In this document: in pieces, positions 1 to 12,893 of the stretch | How the letters are laid out: every line of letters begins with the position of its first letter | Numbering within the stretch: the first letter of the stretch is position 1 | DNA from: Octopus sinensis | Taxonomy: Eukaryota | Assembly (NCBI RefSeq): GCF_006345805.1 | Contig: NC_042997.1 | Coordinates: 135,780,001 to 135,844,000 of the forward strand | DNA length: 64,000 nucleotides | Direction of reading: 5' to 3' | Translations under genes and position numbers: made by a program | Notes under the pieces: model-generated | What the model saw: the letters and a program-made list of their open reading frames with translations, nothing else | Told to the model about the DNA's origin: nothing | The model's database searches: none

Positions 1-1358
1 GACTTAGTTCGCGTCTATAGAAATGATGTTTGCCCTCAACTATATCAAATATACTATGCTTACGTTGCTTCACTCGGAAAGTGCATGATCAATTATTTAA
101 ATAACATGTACGGAACAATTCCCCTCCAGCGTATGTAAATGCACATATTATCCGGTTAAGAATGTGATAAGTAAATTTTCTGCTAGATAGGATGCCGAAT
201 CTTTATAGAAAACTATGTAATTATTTTATTCTGAATGTTTTGACTGGAATGTTAATACATGGTTTCAAGATCTAAATTCTGCATTGCATTGACAATTGCT
301 ATGGAGCTATGAAAAGCAGTCTGCTTGGAATTGTTCTGGCGTTCGAAGCACTGAGTAGATTAATATATTACGGTAATTAATTTATTTAGAAATATTAGCG
401 TATCTAGAGGCTTCAATAGAAAATCTCGAGAGAATGAAACTAACTTGAATGGATTTATCACGTTACCAATTACTGGAGACCTCAATTCGAACTGTCTAAT
501 ATCATAACAAATTTATCAGTCATCCAGCTAGTCGTGATTACGTGACGCACACACCACCACACCTATACATGTCTGGCTGTATTTACGTAGAATATGAGTA
601 CAGATGCCACAACATTTTCAGTTGTATGTGTCACGGCCAATTTGATGTTAGTTATTTCAGTTTACCAGTCGTGCATATTTTCCTTCAGAAAATCAATATC
701 CACTTCAATATCTTTGCGAAATTGTGAATATAAAAAAGAAAATAAATCTTTTCTACTGTCGGTGAAAGAAATTTATTAAATTTGTGATCTCATATATATA
801 TATAGGTGGGGGGTAACGCTTGTGACCCTGAGATACCTGCTGATGATACGGAAGAGTTCCCAGCATCACAAACGATTTTAAAGAACTTACAAAACCTTTG
901 AGTCGCTCCTGCAGTTTTTGCATAGGGCAAAGTACCTCTGGTGTTTATTTCACCTATGATGTAGCATTTCACTATTTTCCCTTTTTACTAGTGCGAGGAA
1001 ACAGTTTCTATAGAACAGCGATTTAATAAGGTAAATATATTTACAGAAAAATACAAACCGCCTCTGAATATGAACATATAACCAATTTTGGATTCCGCAA
1101 ATATTTCAGCTTATAAAAGCATAACCAACTTTGTATATATTTTAATTCATACATTGGCAACTTGGTAATATAAATACAATTAAATCATCTCTCCAACAAA
1201 AGACTAATTTCCTCCACTGCCTCTAATATTCACTGTCACTAATTACCTCACGTTAGATTTATTTAGCTACTCATTTACGAAACGACTTCCTTCCAACTTG
1301 GACTGGAAACGTCTTATGATACAATAAGATTGTAATATTTTCCCTAATTTCCTCGTCA

Positions 1359-1733
1359 TCTCTCTATATATAAACGGCAGTTTGTCTGTCTGTGTGTCTG
1401 TCAGGTTGTACCCTCACCCTGACCATGGTTTTCAACCGATTCTGATGAAACTTGACACACACATAGCCCAATGTCATAATTCAAAACTAACGCAGCGAAA
1501 ATTTTGAAAAGTTCCCCCAGTTCTGAAAAAAATCTATAAATTCGACATGGGGTCGAGAATCAGAAACACAAACCACAGACTGTCTAGGGGACGCAACTCG
1601 ACCTTTTTAACTCTCAAAAAAAATTTACCATAATTCTTTTTCCATTTTTTTCTAATATTTGGCTATAACTCTCTAAAAATGCTTTATAGTTATTTCCCTT
1701 ACAAACCTGAGCAACGCCGGGCGATACTGCTAG
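1359..1733 (+). mobile_element. Non-autonomous Helitron
   Basis: Starts with TC after a host A (1358) and ends with CTAG before a host T (1734). Imperfect GC-rich subterminal hairpin CCTGAGCAACGCCGGG, a (CTGT)-type tract near the 5' end, and no TSD. Confidence 0.8.
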
Positions 1734-1985
1734 TAATTATTAAAAGCAAAACTTGTTGACTGTAAATATAATTTATCTCATAAAAAATATGTGTATTCTT
1801 TGCATTTTTCTTTGTATTTCATGTGTGTGTGTGTATTTATATATGTAAGTGTGTGTACGTATGTATGCGCATATTTATATATATACATGTACACGAACAC
1901 ACACACACACATATCGAACTCTAGAAACCTTATTTTTCCCTTTCTGTACATATCCAGGACGATCAATGAGGGAGAATCCATGAGC

Positions 1986-2387
1986 TTTATTCTTTTACTC
2001 TTTCACTTGTTTCAGTCATTTGACTGTGGCCATGCTGGATCACCGCCTTTAGTCGAGCACATCGACCCCAGGACTTATTCTTTGTAAGCCTAGTACTTAT
2101 TCTATTGGTCTCTTCCCGAGCCGCTAAGTTACGGGGACGTAAACACACCAGCATCTGTTGTCAAGCGATGTTGGTGGGACAAACACAGACACACACACAT
2201 ATACACGCACATACATATATACGACGAACTTCTTTCAGTTTCCGTCTACCAAATCCACTCACAAGGCTTTGGTTGCCCGAGGCCATAGTAGAAGACACAT
2301 TTTTAAGGTGACACGCAGTGGAACTGAACTCAGAACCATGTAGTTCGTAAGCAAGCTACTTACCACACAGCCACTCCTACGCCTATG
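1986..2387 (-). mobile_element. tRNA-derived SINE, family A, full length
   Basis: Reverse complement of the head AGGCG(C/T)AGGAGTGGCTGTGTGGTAAG with A and B boxes, a central (CA)/(TA) tract and the conserved tail seen in about 10 other copies here. Confidence 0.85.
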
Positions 2388-2472
2388 CTTACCACACATC
2401 CACTCCTACGCCTATACTTAGCACACAACCACTCCTACGCCTATACTTACCACACAGCCACTCCTACGCCTA
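2359..2472. repeat. 29-bp tandem repeat x4 derived from the SINE 5' head
   Basis: Units CTTACCACACAGCCACTCCTACGCCTATA start at 2359, 2388, 2417 and 2446, with no spacers. Confidence 0.95.
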
Positions 2473-3304
2473 CTCTTTAAATAGTAGGCAAATCTAGTTT
2501 AAATTGTATTCTACTGTCACAAAAACATCACATTGGATAGGACAGTACAAGGTACATTATACCTGAAAAATAGCGTATACCCATAAATCTAAGTCTGTTC
2601 GTTCCATATACATGTGCGATTTATATAAAAGATATTGCAGTTCGAATGTAGTTGGTTAATATCTCTCTCAATAAAACATTCATTAAATATATTGAAAGCA
2701 TTGTAATAGTTGCATATTGTATGTCTAATAGTGTTCATTGATATTTTCCCAGGGCATCCAGTGATACTAATGAATTTCATTCAAATTAATTTGTCGGTAG
2801 AGTTCAAGCAACTTTTGTTACTGATAAAGCTATCAACTTTAATTTTCAATTTGATCTGAACATGACAAACACATTGCGCTTTGTAAATGGGTCATTACTT
2901 ATATAAAGGTCTTTTGTTTGACTAGCTAGAAACTTGGTATCGAAGATAACTGACTATAAAATAATCTCGTAATCAAACTCTACGGATGTCATTGTTTTAT
3001 ACTTTACATTTTCTGATTACATTCTGAACATAGCATGAGACTGACAGCTCGACCGATATTAAGTGATATACACACCGTGTCATTAAAATTGATTTCTAAA
3101 ACTGGCAAAAGGATGTAAGTTACAATATAGAACTGCAATCTACTAAATACACGTCAGTAACTGGCAATCATTTTGTAAGTTTTAGGATACGAAAGCGATT
3201 TTGGCAGGATTAAATCGTAGGGAACCGTAAATACATACATTTCCCCTTCCCCGTCGTGACTGCTTGCTGATAGGTGTCTCAAACGCGTTAGAATTGATTT
3301 CATT

Positions 3305-3507
3305 TTTTGACACAAGGCCAGCAATTTTGGGGAAGGGCACAAGTCGATTTCATCGACCCTAGTGCTCAACTAGTACCTATTTTATCGATCCTAAAAGAGT
3401 AAGAGGCAAAGTCGACCTTAGTAGAATTTGAACTCAGAATATAAAGACAGACGAAAGGTTGCTGAGTATTTTGCCTGGCGTGCTAACGATTCTTCCATCT
3501 CGCCGCC
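3305..3507 (-). mobile_element. tRNA-derived SINE, family B
   Basis: Minus-strand head GGCGGCGAG..GAATCGTTAGCACGCCAGGC and a GAGTTCAAATTC B-box-like motif, homologous to the copy at 14258. Confidence 0.75.
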
Positions 3508-4129
3508 ATTTCCTTAGAATTAATACTGACATAGTGCCAAGTGTGGAAGAGTGAGTTGCTGGTTTTTGGAATGCATGGTTCAATGTGATTTGCGTCTTGG
3601 TTGAAAACTCTTTATCTGTGTTATATTGCTCACGAAAATTGCACGCGTAGATATATATATATGTGTATGTGTGTGTTTCTGTGTGGTGTGTGTGTGTGTG
3701 TATTATGTATGTATGTGTATTAATATTCACATTTTTCCATATTAATGATCTTAACTATTGTGCCGTATCGAGTCAAACTGACAGAGGATCTCAGAAAAAT
3801 GCAATGTGGATCCGTATATTGAGAACTGGATTAAGAGATAAGGTTCTTGCTTTATTGGCTGAGTCTTAAGAAAAAGATACCACCAATGATGTTTGCAGGC
3901 TCTTCGAGACAGCTGAGTTCCATACCTTAATGTTCCATTTAAATTGTCATAGGAGAACACCAAACCTGTAAGAAGAACATAAGCAACGAGAAGATTCCAG
4001 AGTGCTTGTGACCTAGGTAGAGAGAGAGAGCTTGGGGTAGTGGTTAGGCAGAGCCGGACAATTGGGGATTGTTGGAGCGATCAGCGGGTCAGGTGTGTGG
4101 AAGTTGAAAGTATTATGTCTATTTCCTGG

Positions 4130-4420
4130 AGCAAAGAAAGAGAATATATACCGTAATATATGTATAGAGAACTGAAATGACTATCACTAAACGATGATGT
4201 AGAAATCTATTCAAATCCCTAAGGTGGGGAGTACTACAGGATACCAAAATCACACATTCTCACCGTCTAGGATCAAGATCAGTCTCTGCAAAGCAAGGGC
4301 TTAAAAGGACAACAGTTTATCAATACCTTGCCAAGTATCATAATGAATTTACATGCAGAGAAGTCAAAATGATAAATTTGAAGATTTGGGGTAAAGTGTG
4401 AGGTTTGAATGACTCGACCC
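4130..4420 (+). pseudogene. Highly decayed R4-like LINE C-terminal fragment (tentative)
   Basis: Translation across frameshifts gives W-G-V-L-Q-D-T and D-Q-D-Q-S-L, resembling the W..G.LK.ETE...AAQDQSL motif of the R4-like copies at 16371 and 59122. Confidence 0.3.
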
Positions 4421-4844
4421 GAAGTATTTTTCCTGATTCTATGCGCTCTGAGTTAAAAGACACCGAGCTCAACTTTGATATTCATTCTTTTTGGTGCAGA
4501 TAAAAGTGGAATGGTGAATTGGCATAACTGTGAATATATCAGACTAGATTCATTGTGGTTTTCCTTCTGTTTTCTGTTCAGATTGCGAGTCCAGTCATGA
4601 CCACATATAGGATCCCACTCTGGAACTAGCATTTAGGCCAGCTGTCAAAAGGGAGGATAACTCCACCTTTCTGTGATGTAACAAGACCTTAAAGGTATTG
4701 GAGGCCCTATAAAGCGTCATGGGCACTGATTCCTATCTTCACTAAAGTAAAAATAATAGTCTACTATGACTTGAGACCTCTACAATATAATGTCCTAAAT
4801 GAACATGCATCATGCTGTGGAACTTCCTTGAAGAATTTAGTCGA

Positions 4845-5558
4845 ATACATCGCCTCCAGTACTTACTTTTGTTTTATTCATCTTGGAACTTATTCTATCG
4901 GACTATTTTTGGCCGAACCTCTCCGTTCTGGGGATGTAAACAGACCAACATTGGCTGTCAAGCTGTGGTGGAATGAAAAACACGACACACAGACATATAC
5001 AGATATATAGATAAAGAGCGGAAGAGAGAGAGGAAGAGAGAAAGATAAACAGGAGAGACGTGTGTGTGTGTGTTTGTATGTGCGTGTGCGTGCGCGCATA
5101 TTCATATATATGTGTGCACACATACGCAATGACAAACACACACACACATATATACTTTACAAATGTCCATAGGGATGTGCAGTGATATAGACCATATACG
5201 ATGAAACTGATCTCCTCTACTTATCTTAAGTGTGGTATGTATTCTATGGGACTTTTCTGTCAAACAGCTAATTTATGAAATCACCAAGGCAACATCGGAC
5301 TAACACAGGCGTAAAGGTTTCGCATAAGCCCAAGAAAGCTATCGTACGCATACGCATCTCTATATACATATATAGATACGTGCCTGAGCATATGTGTTCA
5401 TGTATATGTGTGTGTCTATGCGGTTTTCAACACATTTTCCCTCTTTAACAGGCAGTTTTTTACCCAGGCAAAAGACACAGAAAGTGACGCACACGGGAGC
5501 TGAACTTAATGCCACGTGACTCCACAGCGAACTTGCTAACCACAGTCCCAACTGCCTT
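4845..5558 (-). mobile_element. Old family A SINE, expanded centrally by microsatellites
   Basis: Tail-like segment at about 4845-4990 and head-like segment at about 5450-5558 in consistent orientation, both strongly diverged. Confidence 0.5.
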
Positions 5559-8199
5559 AATTTATGTTAATGTCAGTACACTAATCAATACCATATTAGT
5601 ATCTAAAGTATATATCTACGATGAAATATTCATCTTTTATACGATCTGTATATGTTCGGTGAATGTATTTATTACATTTAGAAATCTATTTCCATGACAC
5701 TGTGTTAGTAAAAGATATTATCATGTGAGCTGATGATTTGAGCTTTCAATATTTACGTATGATCTGGTTTGTGTTTGCTTGTACAGCGTGATGTAATAGT
5801 AAAGAAAAAGGTTAAGTTATGATTGATGGGAGAATAGATTTATAAGCATTACAATTTAACAAGTGATTTTGAAGGAAATTATAGTCTTCCTTTAATGATT
5901 AACTTTATGTATTAGTGAGACTGTGCAGCTGTGATGACATTAAAACGATGTCGTCGTTGATATTCGATTTTAATATACACGCGCGGAAAATAATTGAGAG
6001 AAGTATGAAATTCTGGATGTCTGAGGATCTAGGAAGTACAAATATTTAAAAGTTTCAGTGTAGAGCATTCGAAGAAGTGAAAGTAGATGTCACGAGTGGA
6101 AATGAGTAAGTTTTGATAAAGTGGGTGTGCAAGAAGCCAGTTCTGGCAGTCAAAAACCACGAAAGAAACTTTGCGAAAAAGAATTCAAAAAGAAAAAAGA
6201 AATGCTCATTTATAACAAGTAACAAGAAAACCTTTTAACTAGTGCTATTTTCTGATCGAATAAAGCAGTTTTAAATGTCTTTTTGCGTACAGATACACAT
6301 ACTTCGTCAATAGCAGAAATCGATACTACAAAGAACTAGCACAGAATCTCAAATTGGAGCTTGAATCAAGCCCGAAAAACAAATATAGCTATCTCATTAG
6401 TTACTTTTGGTGTTGTAATGAATGGTTCGAACGCTGATAAACGCGGGACGAGTAATAAAAAGCGGGTGTAAAACCTTTCTCTAAAGCAGAAATATAAAAG
6501 AAAATACATTTACGGCTAATTTGTTTTCACACAACGGACATGAAAGACGTTTATAATATGCCTTTTAGATAAACAGCTAATTTTCACAAGCCTTGGAATA
6601 CAGGAAAGGAGTTACTCAGGCGTAAAAGGGATTGAAAAATCCTTTGGTATATATATTAGCTTCTCACCAAAGTTAATCCCTTTTTCATATATCTTTGCAT
6701 TGGCGTGGATATGATTAATCGTTCAAATATTTTACAATTTCATGCTTATTAAAATATGTTGCAAGTTAATAAGGCACATTTGGATGGAGAGTTCGATGGA
6801 AGTGTTCAGTAATTTTGCTGTTGTAGAATAACGACTTTGATACGTTCAGCTACGCTATATGCAACTGATTCCCATCATTTTGTTTATCGTATGACAACGT
6901 TTACGCTTGCTTCAAAGTTTTTCTTTTTATTTCATTTTTTGGCACAGAAGGTCAAATGAAAAATCAATTCAGTTTCATTTTATTTTCGTTATCCGCTGTC
7001 GCAAAACATAAACCTGAAAATAACATTCGCAAACATCTGCTCACAACAACATTTCATTGAAAGTTTAACTCTTAACAGTATCAAATTGCAAACAGTATCA
7101 AATTCATTCGAAATCTCAGGATAGAAAGAAAAGTGAAAATTACCTTGCTCAATATTTGAATACAAGATTACATGTGTAAATTTATTTAACGACGATAAAC
7201 AATTTAAGTCAAATACCAATTTTAGTAACTTACAAAATATTGCATACATTATTAAATAAAAGAAATTTATCTTGCACTTAAGCTTGTGTAATTTTCGTAT
7301 AACTGAAATATCACGTCGATTTTAATTTAATATGAAGGCAACGAACCTGACAAAAACAACATAGAATCTAAAAATGAATATCCCAGAAGAAATATACTTT
7401 CTTATATATTCAACAAAGTAAACAGAATTATTAAGAATATGCATGAGATCAAAAGTTAAAAACCAGTAGAGGTAACCTCTACTGCAGAATAACGAACAAA
7501 AACGAAAAGACGAGAAAATATATAAAAAGAAAACATATTCCCTTCCTTCCTTCTAGCATAGAGAATTGCATTTCTTCTCTAATCCTACATTTTAAAATAG
7601 TTTACTGCCTCGAGTAAACCAGAAGGAGCTGGTAAATAATAAAGCAAAATAGCTTTTAAACGTCTTGAAGTTATCTATACTATATTTAAACTGACAGAGA
7701 TCTGTTTAAGGCCTTATCCTTTTACCAAGATGGCTTCACTACGCAAAGAAAACAAGTCCACTGAATGAGGCCTTATATCAAAACTATTTTTTCTATAGCC
7801 CCAATGAAAATACACTAAATCGGGGAATATTTATGCTATATCTACGCATATGCATACAGTAAGAAAGATTGTAAAAGTTAATACTCTATCCCTTAGAGAA
7901 AAATTGGAAAAGATATGCAGTATTATATATCTGAAATATCCAGGAAGTGCTTGTATCAACGTTTGTCATTGAATGATAAATTATCTCTGAACAGAGATTC
8001 CATGCAAAACAAAAGACCTATGAAATTCTTCTACAAAACTCAAGTCCCATACTGACCTAATGCTCCAACGGACAGCTAACATCACAGATGACCAAGATCT
8101 CATTCTACCGATACGTACTTCATCGATTCCATACATTCACGGACCAACAAATTGCAGACATTGACACACTGCTCCACCGTTACTTCCTTCTCACCCTTC

Positions 8200-8470
8200 T
8201 AAAATCTAGTTTTCACCATCTAGATTTAGGGACAAATACAGTAACAACTCAAGGTTCAAAAGCTTGCAGATTTTTCATATCCTATTGAAAGACTTAAGAG
8301 GCCTACATGATGTGAATGTGGATGTTTTCAAAGACCAACTGAACATTCTATTATCTACAACTCCAGAAGTGCCTACTTCGCTACTAGAAACAAAACTGAC
8401 GACAGCACCTTCAAGTTCCCTTATTTATTAAATGTTAACTAAAGAAAGAACACCATTAAAAGTGTAGTAA
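8200..8470 (+). pseudogene. CR1-group LINE 3' fragment
   Basis: Translation LKDLRGLHDVNVDVFKDQLNILLSTTPEVP matches the C-terminus of the LINE at 24510-27830 (LRDLHKVDVG...LFLSRVPDEP). A (GTA)n tract follows. Confidence 0.55.
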
Positions 8471-8477
8471 TATCAAT

Positions 8478-8492
8478 GTTGTTGTTGTTGTT

Positions 8493-8556
<64 letters not shown>

Positions 8557-8561
8557 AAGTG

Positions 8562-8612
<51 letters not shown>
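8478..8612. repeat. (GTT)n(GTA)n microsatellite
   Basis: Directly visible. Confidence 0.95.
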
Positions 8613-9117
8613 AGTTATATTCAGAGAAAGTAGTATCTTTAAACCTGGATGATTGACTAAAATTATCTTTAGGCTTCATCGTTATAGCAAATTTTCTTCC
8701 CATGAAAGAATGCCACGAGGCCAACAGTACTGACTAAAAGCCCACAGTACAAGTATTTTATTCCGATTGTAATTTATATAATAAATATTTATAATGCACT
8801 CTGTTATTAAGTACTTTTTTCTGCGTTCGTTAATAATAGTGTCAACGACCAACATGCAAACCGAATACACATGGAAATTTTCAACTGAATAGCTTTATTA
8901 TTTCTTCGGTTTTCTTAGTTTTTATTTTGGTCACTATCTATTTCGGAGAAAAACTACAAATGGAACGTCAGTACTATTATTTTTTTTCATTTTATTTGAT
9001 CGTCAAATGCAATAATTTTGATCACGATGTCATTCAGTCCATTTTTTACTTTTATTTTTTTGCTTGTTCTTTTTCCTTCGCCAAAACATACATACATACA
9101 TACATATATATACATAT

Positions 9118-9195
<78 letters not shown>

Positions 9196-9309
9196 GAGAC
9201 AGAGCAGAAGAGACAAACACACAGAAAAATTGAAAAACATTTAAAGAGTGTTCATTTACAGACGTTTGCTTTCTATATATACATATGCGTATACATATAT
9301 GTTGTTGTT

Positions 9310-9600
9310 GTTTGTTCCTTCTCGAGCCATGCCTGGCTCATGAGGGCCGGTTTCCTGGTTTCATTACGTATAGATTCTCCACCTCGACGTGACCTCTTTC
9401 CGTCACAGGTAAGATTCTAAATGCAGGAAGAAAGACAGTAAGTTGTTGCGATAGTGTCAGCAGAAGTTCGCCATTACCTTCTGCCAGAGCCGTGTGGGGC
9501 TTATGTGTGTCGCTTATAAACATACATATTGCTCGGACTGAAATTCAAACCCGCAATCTCTCTACCGCGAGTCAGCTGCACTAACCACTAGGCCATGTGA
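9310..9600 (-). mobile_element. tRNA-derived SINE, family C
   Basis: Minus-strand head TGGCCTAGTGGTTAGTGCAGCTGACTCGCGG...GGTTTGAATT with A and B boxes. The head is related to the copy at 19295-19583 but the body differs. Confidence 0.7.
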
Positions 9601-9617
9601 CTACAGTATAAATACAA

Positions 9618-9736
<119 letters not shown>

Positions 9737-10399
9737 ATATATATATAATAAATCTCCGAATGGGATATAAGCAGTAGCAGCACGATGTCATGAAGTATAT
9801 TTGCCACCCAAATGTGGCTAACCATTAAGGGTCGATGCTACTGTAGCTTGTACCCCAAGGAAGACATCTCCTCCAGCTAACTATGGACACACTAGCTGTG
9901 CCCTATCAGTATTTGCAAAGGGCAGTTATCATTCCCATCTACAGTCTCAAGTGATATATATACAACAAAGTGAAGTTGTAAGGTACCGCACGAGTGGAAA
10001 TATATATGAAAGAAGGTCTGAAAATGCAATTTTAAAGATGTTTATTCACTAAAAACAGTTTACAAGAAAATATTCACCAAAAAGTATTAGGATTTCAATA
10101 AAAATCATGTTCGTTTGTAGTATATATATACGCAGGAGATATATTTAAGAGTTTACAAAGAATTTGAGAAGAACCAACCTGTTTTCCTAGCATTTCTTAT
10201 TTTGTGTGTAGCTAAGGCTTCTTTGCTATTTTAAGGGACAGTGTGGGAGGATTTTTTTTGTTTCTGGGCTAGTCTATCATGGGTCAGTGTTTTTGGGACT
10301 GGTCTTAGAGGTCGGAATGGTATGAATGTTGTATCTTTGTGCACGTCTCTATGTGTGTGTGTACATCCGTGTGTTTGTGTTTGTGTGTGTCACGACATA

Positions 10400-11195
10400 T
10401 CCTGGAGACGGCATATCCTGGAAATGATAATATATGGTTTTGCGTGACTTGCTATGGATCAAGTTATGTTCTACTTCTTTCTGCACTTCTTCAGTCGCCA
10501 TACAAAATCAGCCAAAGATATTGAATGTCTCTTATTGATTGTCATAAAGCTGCCCAATGTAAGCATACGGTCCTCCCCCTCTGTGCACGGTACATTTATA
10601 TACAAGATTTATACTCATACAGAGATTCATCAATGCGCCTTTTGATTTTTCTCTGCATGGGCATCTATCGTATTTATTTGTATATAAGGCAATCGCGACT
10701 CCATTTATCGACGTTGTTACCCTGTTAGCTGTATCATAAGTATTTCTACTATTACAATTTGGCTGTAATTGCTGTTTTTCATTGCAGTCTTCATCTCCTT
10801 TGTTAGTAGTTAGATGCGTATGTTCGCTAGATCCAGTAGGTGGGTTATTGAACCTTTGTCGCATTTTGCTACTATTTATGCGATGCATAAGCTGCTCTGA
10901 ATTAGCAGAGTTAGCGTAGGATATCTACTCGGTCTGCCGATTAAAAATAGCATGGTACCGATTAGATTCAAGAAAACATTTTGTCTAAATCAGCAAAAAA
11001 TTTTCCAGTGATCTTGGTTGAAACATGCGAACCGATAATCGGGTTGAAACAGAGGACATCCTGACTCCTATATCCGTTATTAGGCTTATTTGATCGAGTG
11101 TGTTGTACAGGATTAAAACAAGCAGTTGGATTATTATGTCGTGTGTATCTATTAGTTTTCTTTACTAGACATGAACAATTCTTCCTGGGCTGCAT
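10400..11195 (-). pseudogene. Penelope-like element fragment (RT-thumb linker plus GIY-YIG endonuclease), lineage 1
   Basis: Decayed translation DVLCFNPIIGSHVSTKITGKFF..LDK (WFNPP-type motif), IFNRQT, CPCREKS...CMSINLVYKCTV..AYIG, SLADFVWRLKK and ICRL: the GIY-YIG and Cys-rich layout typical of PLEs. Confidence 0.7.
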
Positions 11196-11359
11196 TGTCT
11201 AGCTGAGTGAGTTCAGAGACTGTGACGTTGTGATAATGTACAATGTGTATTACAATTGGAGGAATTACCAGTGTTGTGTACGACTGCCTCCTGTGTATAT
11301 TGAATTTTGTCATGGTACCCATCCCTAGCTAGAGTAACATTAAAATAAGTTGACTGATT

Positions 11360-11520
11360 TTCTTTCTACAAAACCAGCAGTTACATTGCAGAACTGTTAT
11401 TTTAACACGTTTTCTCTATTTATCACCCAATGAGACACATCTGTACCGCCGGATACCACTTGTTGAGTGTCCCAACCGTGAGGGATCGATGCTAGATGTG
11501 TCGAAACCATATTCGTGATT
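11360..11520. repeat. Unclassified interspersed repeat, second copy at 63835-64000
   Basis: Both copies share TTCTACAAAA..AGTTACATTGCAGAACTGTTATT, ACCGCCGGAT, TTGTTGAGTGTCCC and GATCGATGCTAGATGTGTCGAAAC. Confidence 0.75.
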
Positions 11521-11639
11521 AATAATATATCCCCGTATGTTCCATCTTCTATCTTACATTTGGCATATATATATATATATATATATATTATATAATATAT
11601 ATATATATATATAATATATATATATAAATATACATATAT

Positions 11640-11699
<60 letters not shown>

Positions 11700-12039
11700 A
11701 TATATCAACAATCAAAGAACGGCCATAATAGGCCATTCACCCACTAGAAATAACAGCCAAAGCTTCAACCGCAAATAAAAATCAATTCCGTAAACAGGAG
11801 AAAATTTAAAAAAACATTTACCCTGTAATTTCTTATACGATGCACCGTTTCATCTGCTGTGAACAGGTCGCGGATTTTAGCGACGAAAGTATTTTGACAA
11901 ATTAAACTTAAATGTTGGAGTGAATCGAACGGCTTTTGTGTGTTTCTTAAATGGCTTATAAACACCTTCCACGCTGCAATTGTTTTCGTTTCAGCACTCG
12001 ATCTCAGATCAAATTACTTGCTATGCGAGTACATCTCCG

Positions 12040-12117
<78 letters not shown>

Positions 12118-12122
<5 letters not shown>

Positions 12123-12319
12123 ATCACTCGCCATATCGCGGCTCACCTATCGCGATTTATTATTTAATCTTACGTCGTGGTGTTACCTTGCATTTATAAT
12201 AAAATAAATATATACAGATTATAAAAATAATTTAAAAAATATATAGTACAGTACTGTTTCTAATTCGCAGATTTTCACCTATCGTTGGGGTTTTGGGAAC
12301 GTAACACCAGGGATTACTG
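12118..12319. mobile_element. pogo/Tigger-like MITE
   Basis: Ends CAGAAATCAC and GGGATTACTG (8/10 inverted match), flanked by TA on both sides. Confidence 0.55.
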
Positions 12320-12562
12320 TATATATGTATGTATATTTCCTTCCTGACATTTTTTGTCTTCTTTCTATACTCAGTTACTTTATCTTGCACTCCTTATGCT
12401 TCGCTTATTCTTTCCTTTTTATGAATTACTAAAGTTCTAAAATGTAACCCATGCTTCTTCATTGAAAAGTAAAATTAATACCATATTTGACAAAGTTTGT
12501 TGTCGATGTGTGACTCGTCATGTTTATTGTCTAAAAACTACACACACACACGCACACAGGCA

Positions 12563-12685
<123 letters not shown>

Positions 12686-12845
12686 ACAATTTTTCCCTAC
12701 TGAGGCTTTTCACGCTAACTGATTAATTCTTATAAAGAATTTATCCTATTTTTAGATTGTTAATTTAACCGGAATATATTCAGTGCCGAATTTTATTCTG
12801 AATAAATACGTCTACCGAGATACAATTCGAAAAGCCCGCCTCTTT

Positions 12846-12893
<48 letters not shown>

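Noticed and set aside
805-900. Terminal exon VGGNACDPEIPADDTEEFPASQTILKNLQNL*
   Set aside because: The acceptor lies in a (TA)n tract with no polypyrimidine run, and no homology is recognisable.
2359-2472. CRISPR-like 29-bp direct repeats
   Set aside because: The units are contiguous with no spacers, derive from a SINE head, and there are no cas genes in this eukaryotic context.
4584-4670. HDV-like ribozyme remnant or spliced exon after a strong acceptor (TTTTCTGTTCAG)
   Set aside because: P1 needs a gap, and P1.1 and P2 could not be built. All three exon frames stop within about 50 nt.
8927-9420. Long ORFs rich in YI/IY, HT, LSIY, LLL, RRR or KKK (here and at 17133-17630, 27839-28373, 43118-43568, 58032-58427 and elsewhere)
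   Set aside because: They are translations of stop-free microsatellites, not genes.
10405-10440. Hammerhead-like CTGGAGA…GAAATGATA on the plus strand
   Set aside because: The core lacks A6 and stem I does not pair. The segment is better explained as minus-strand PLE coding sequence (ICRL).
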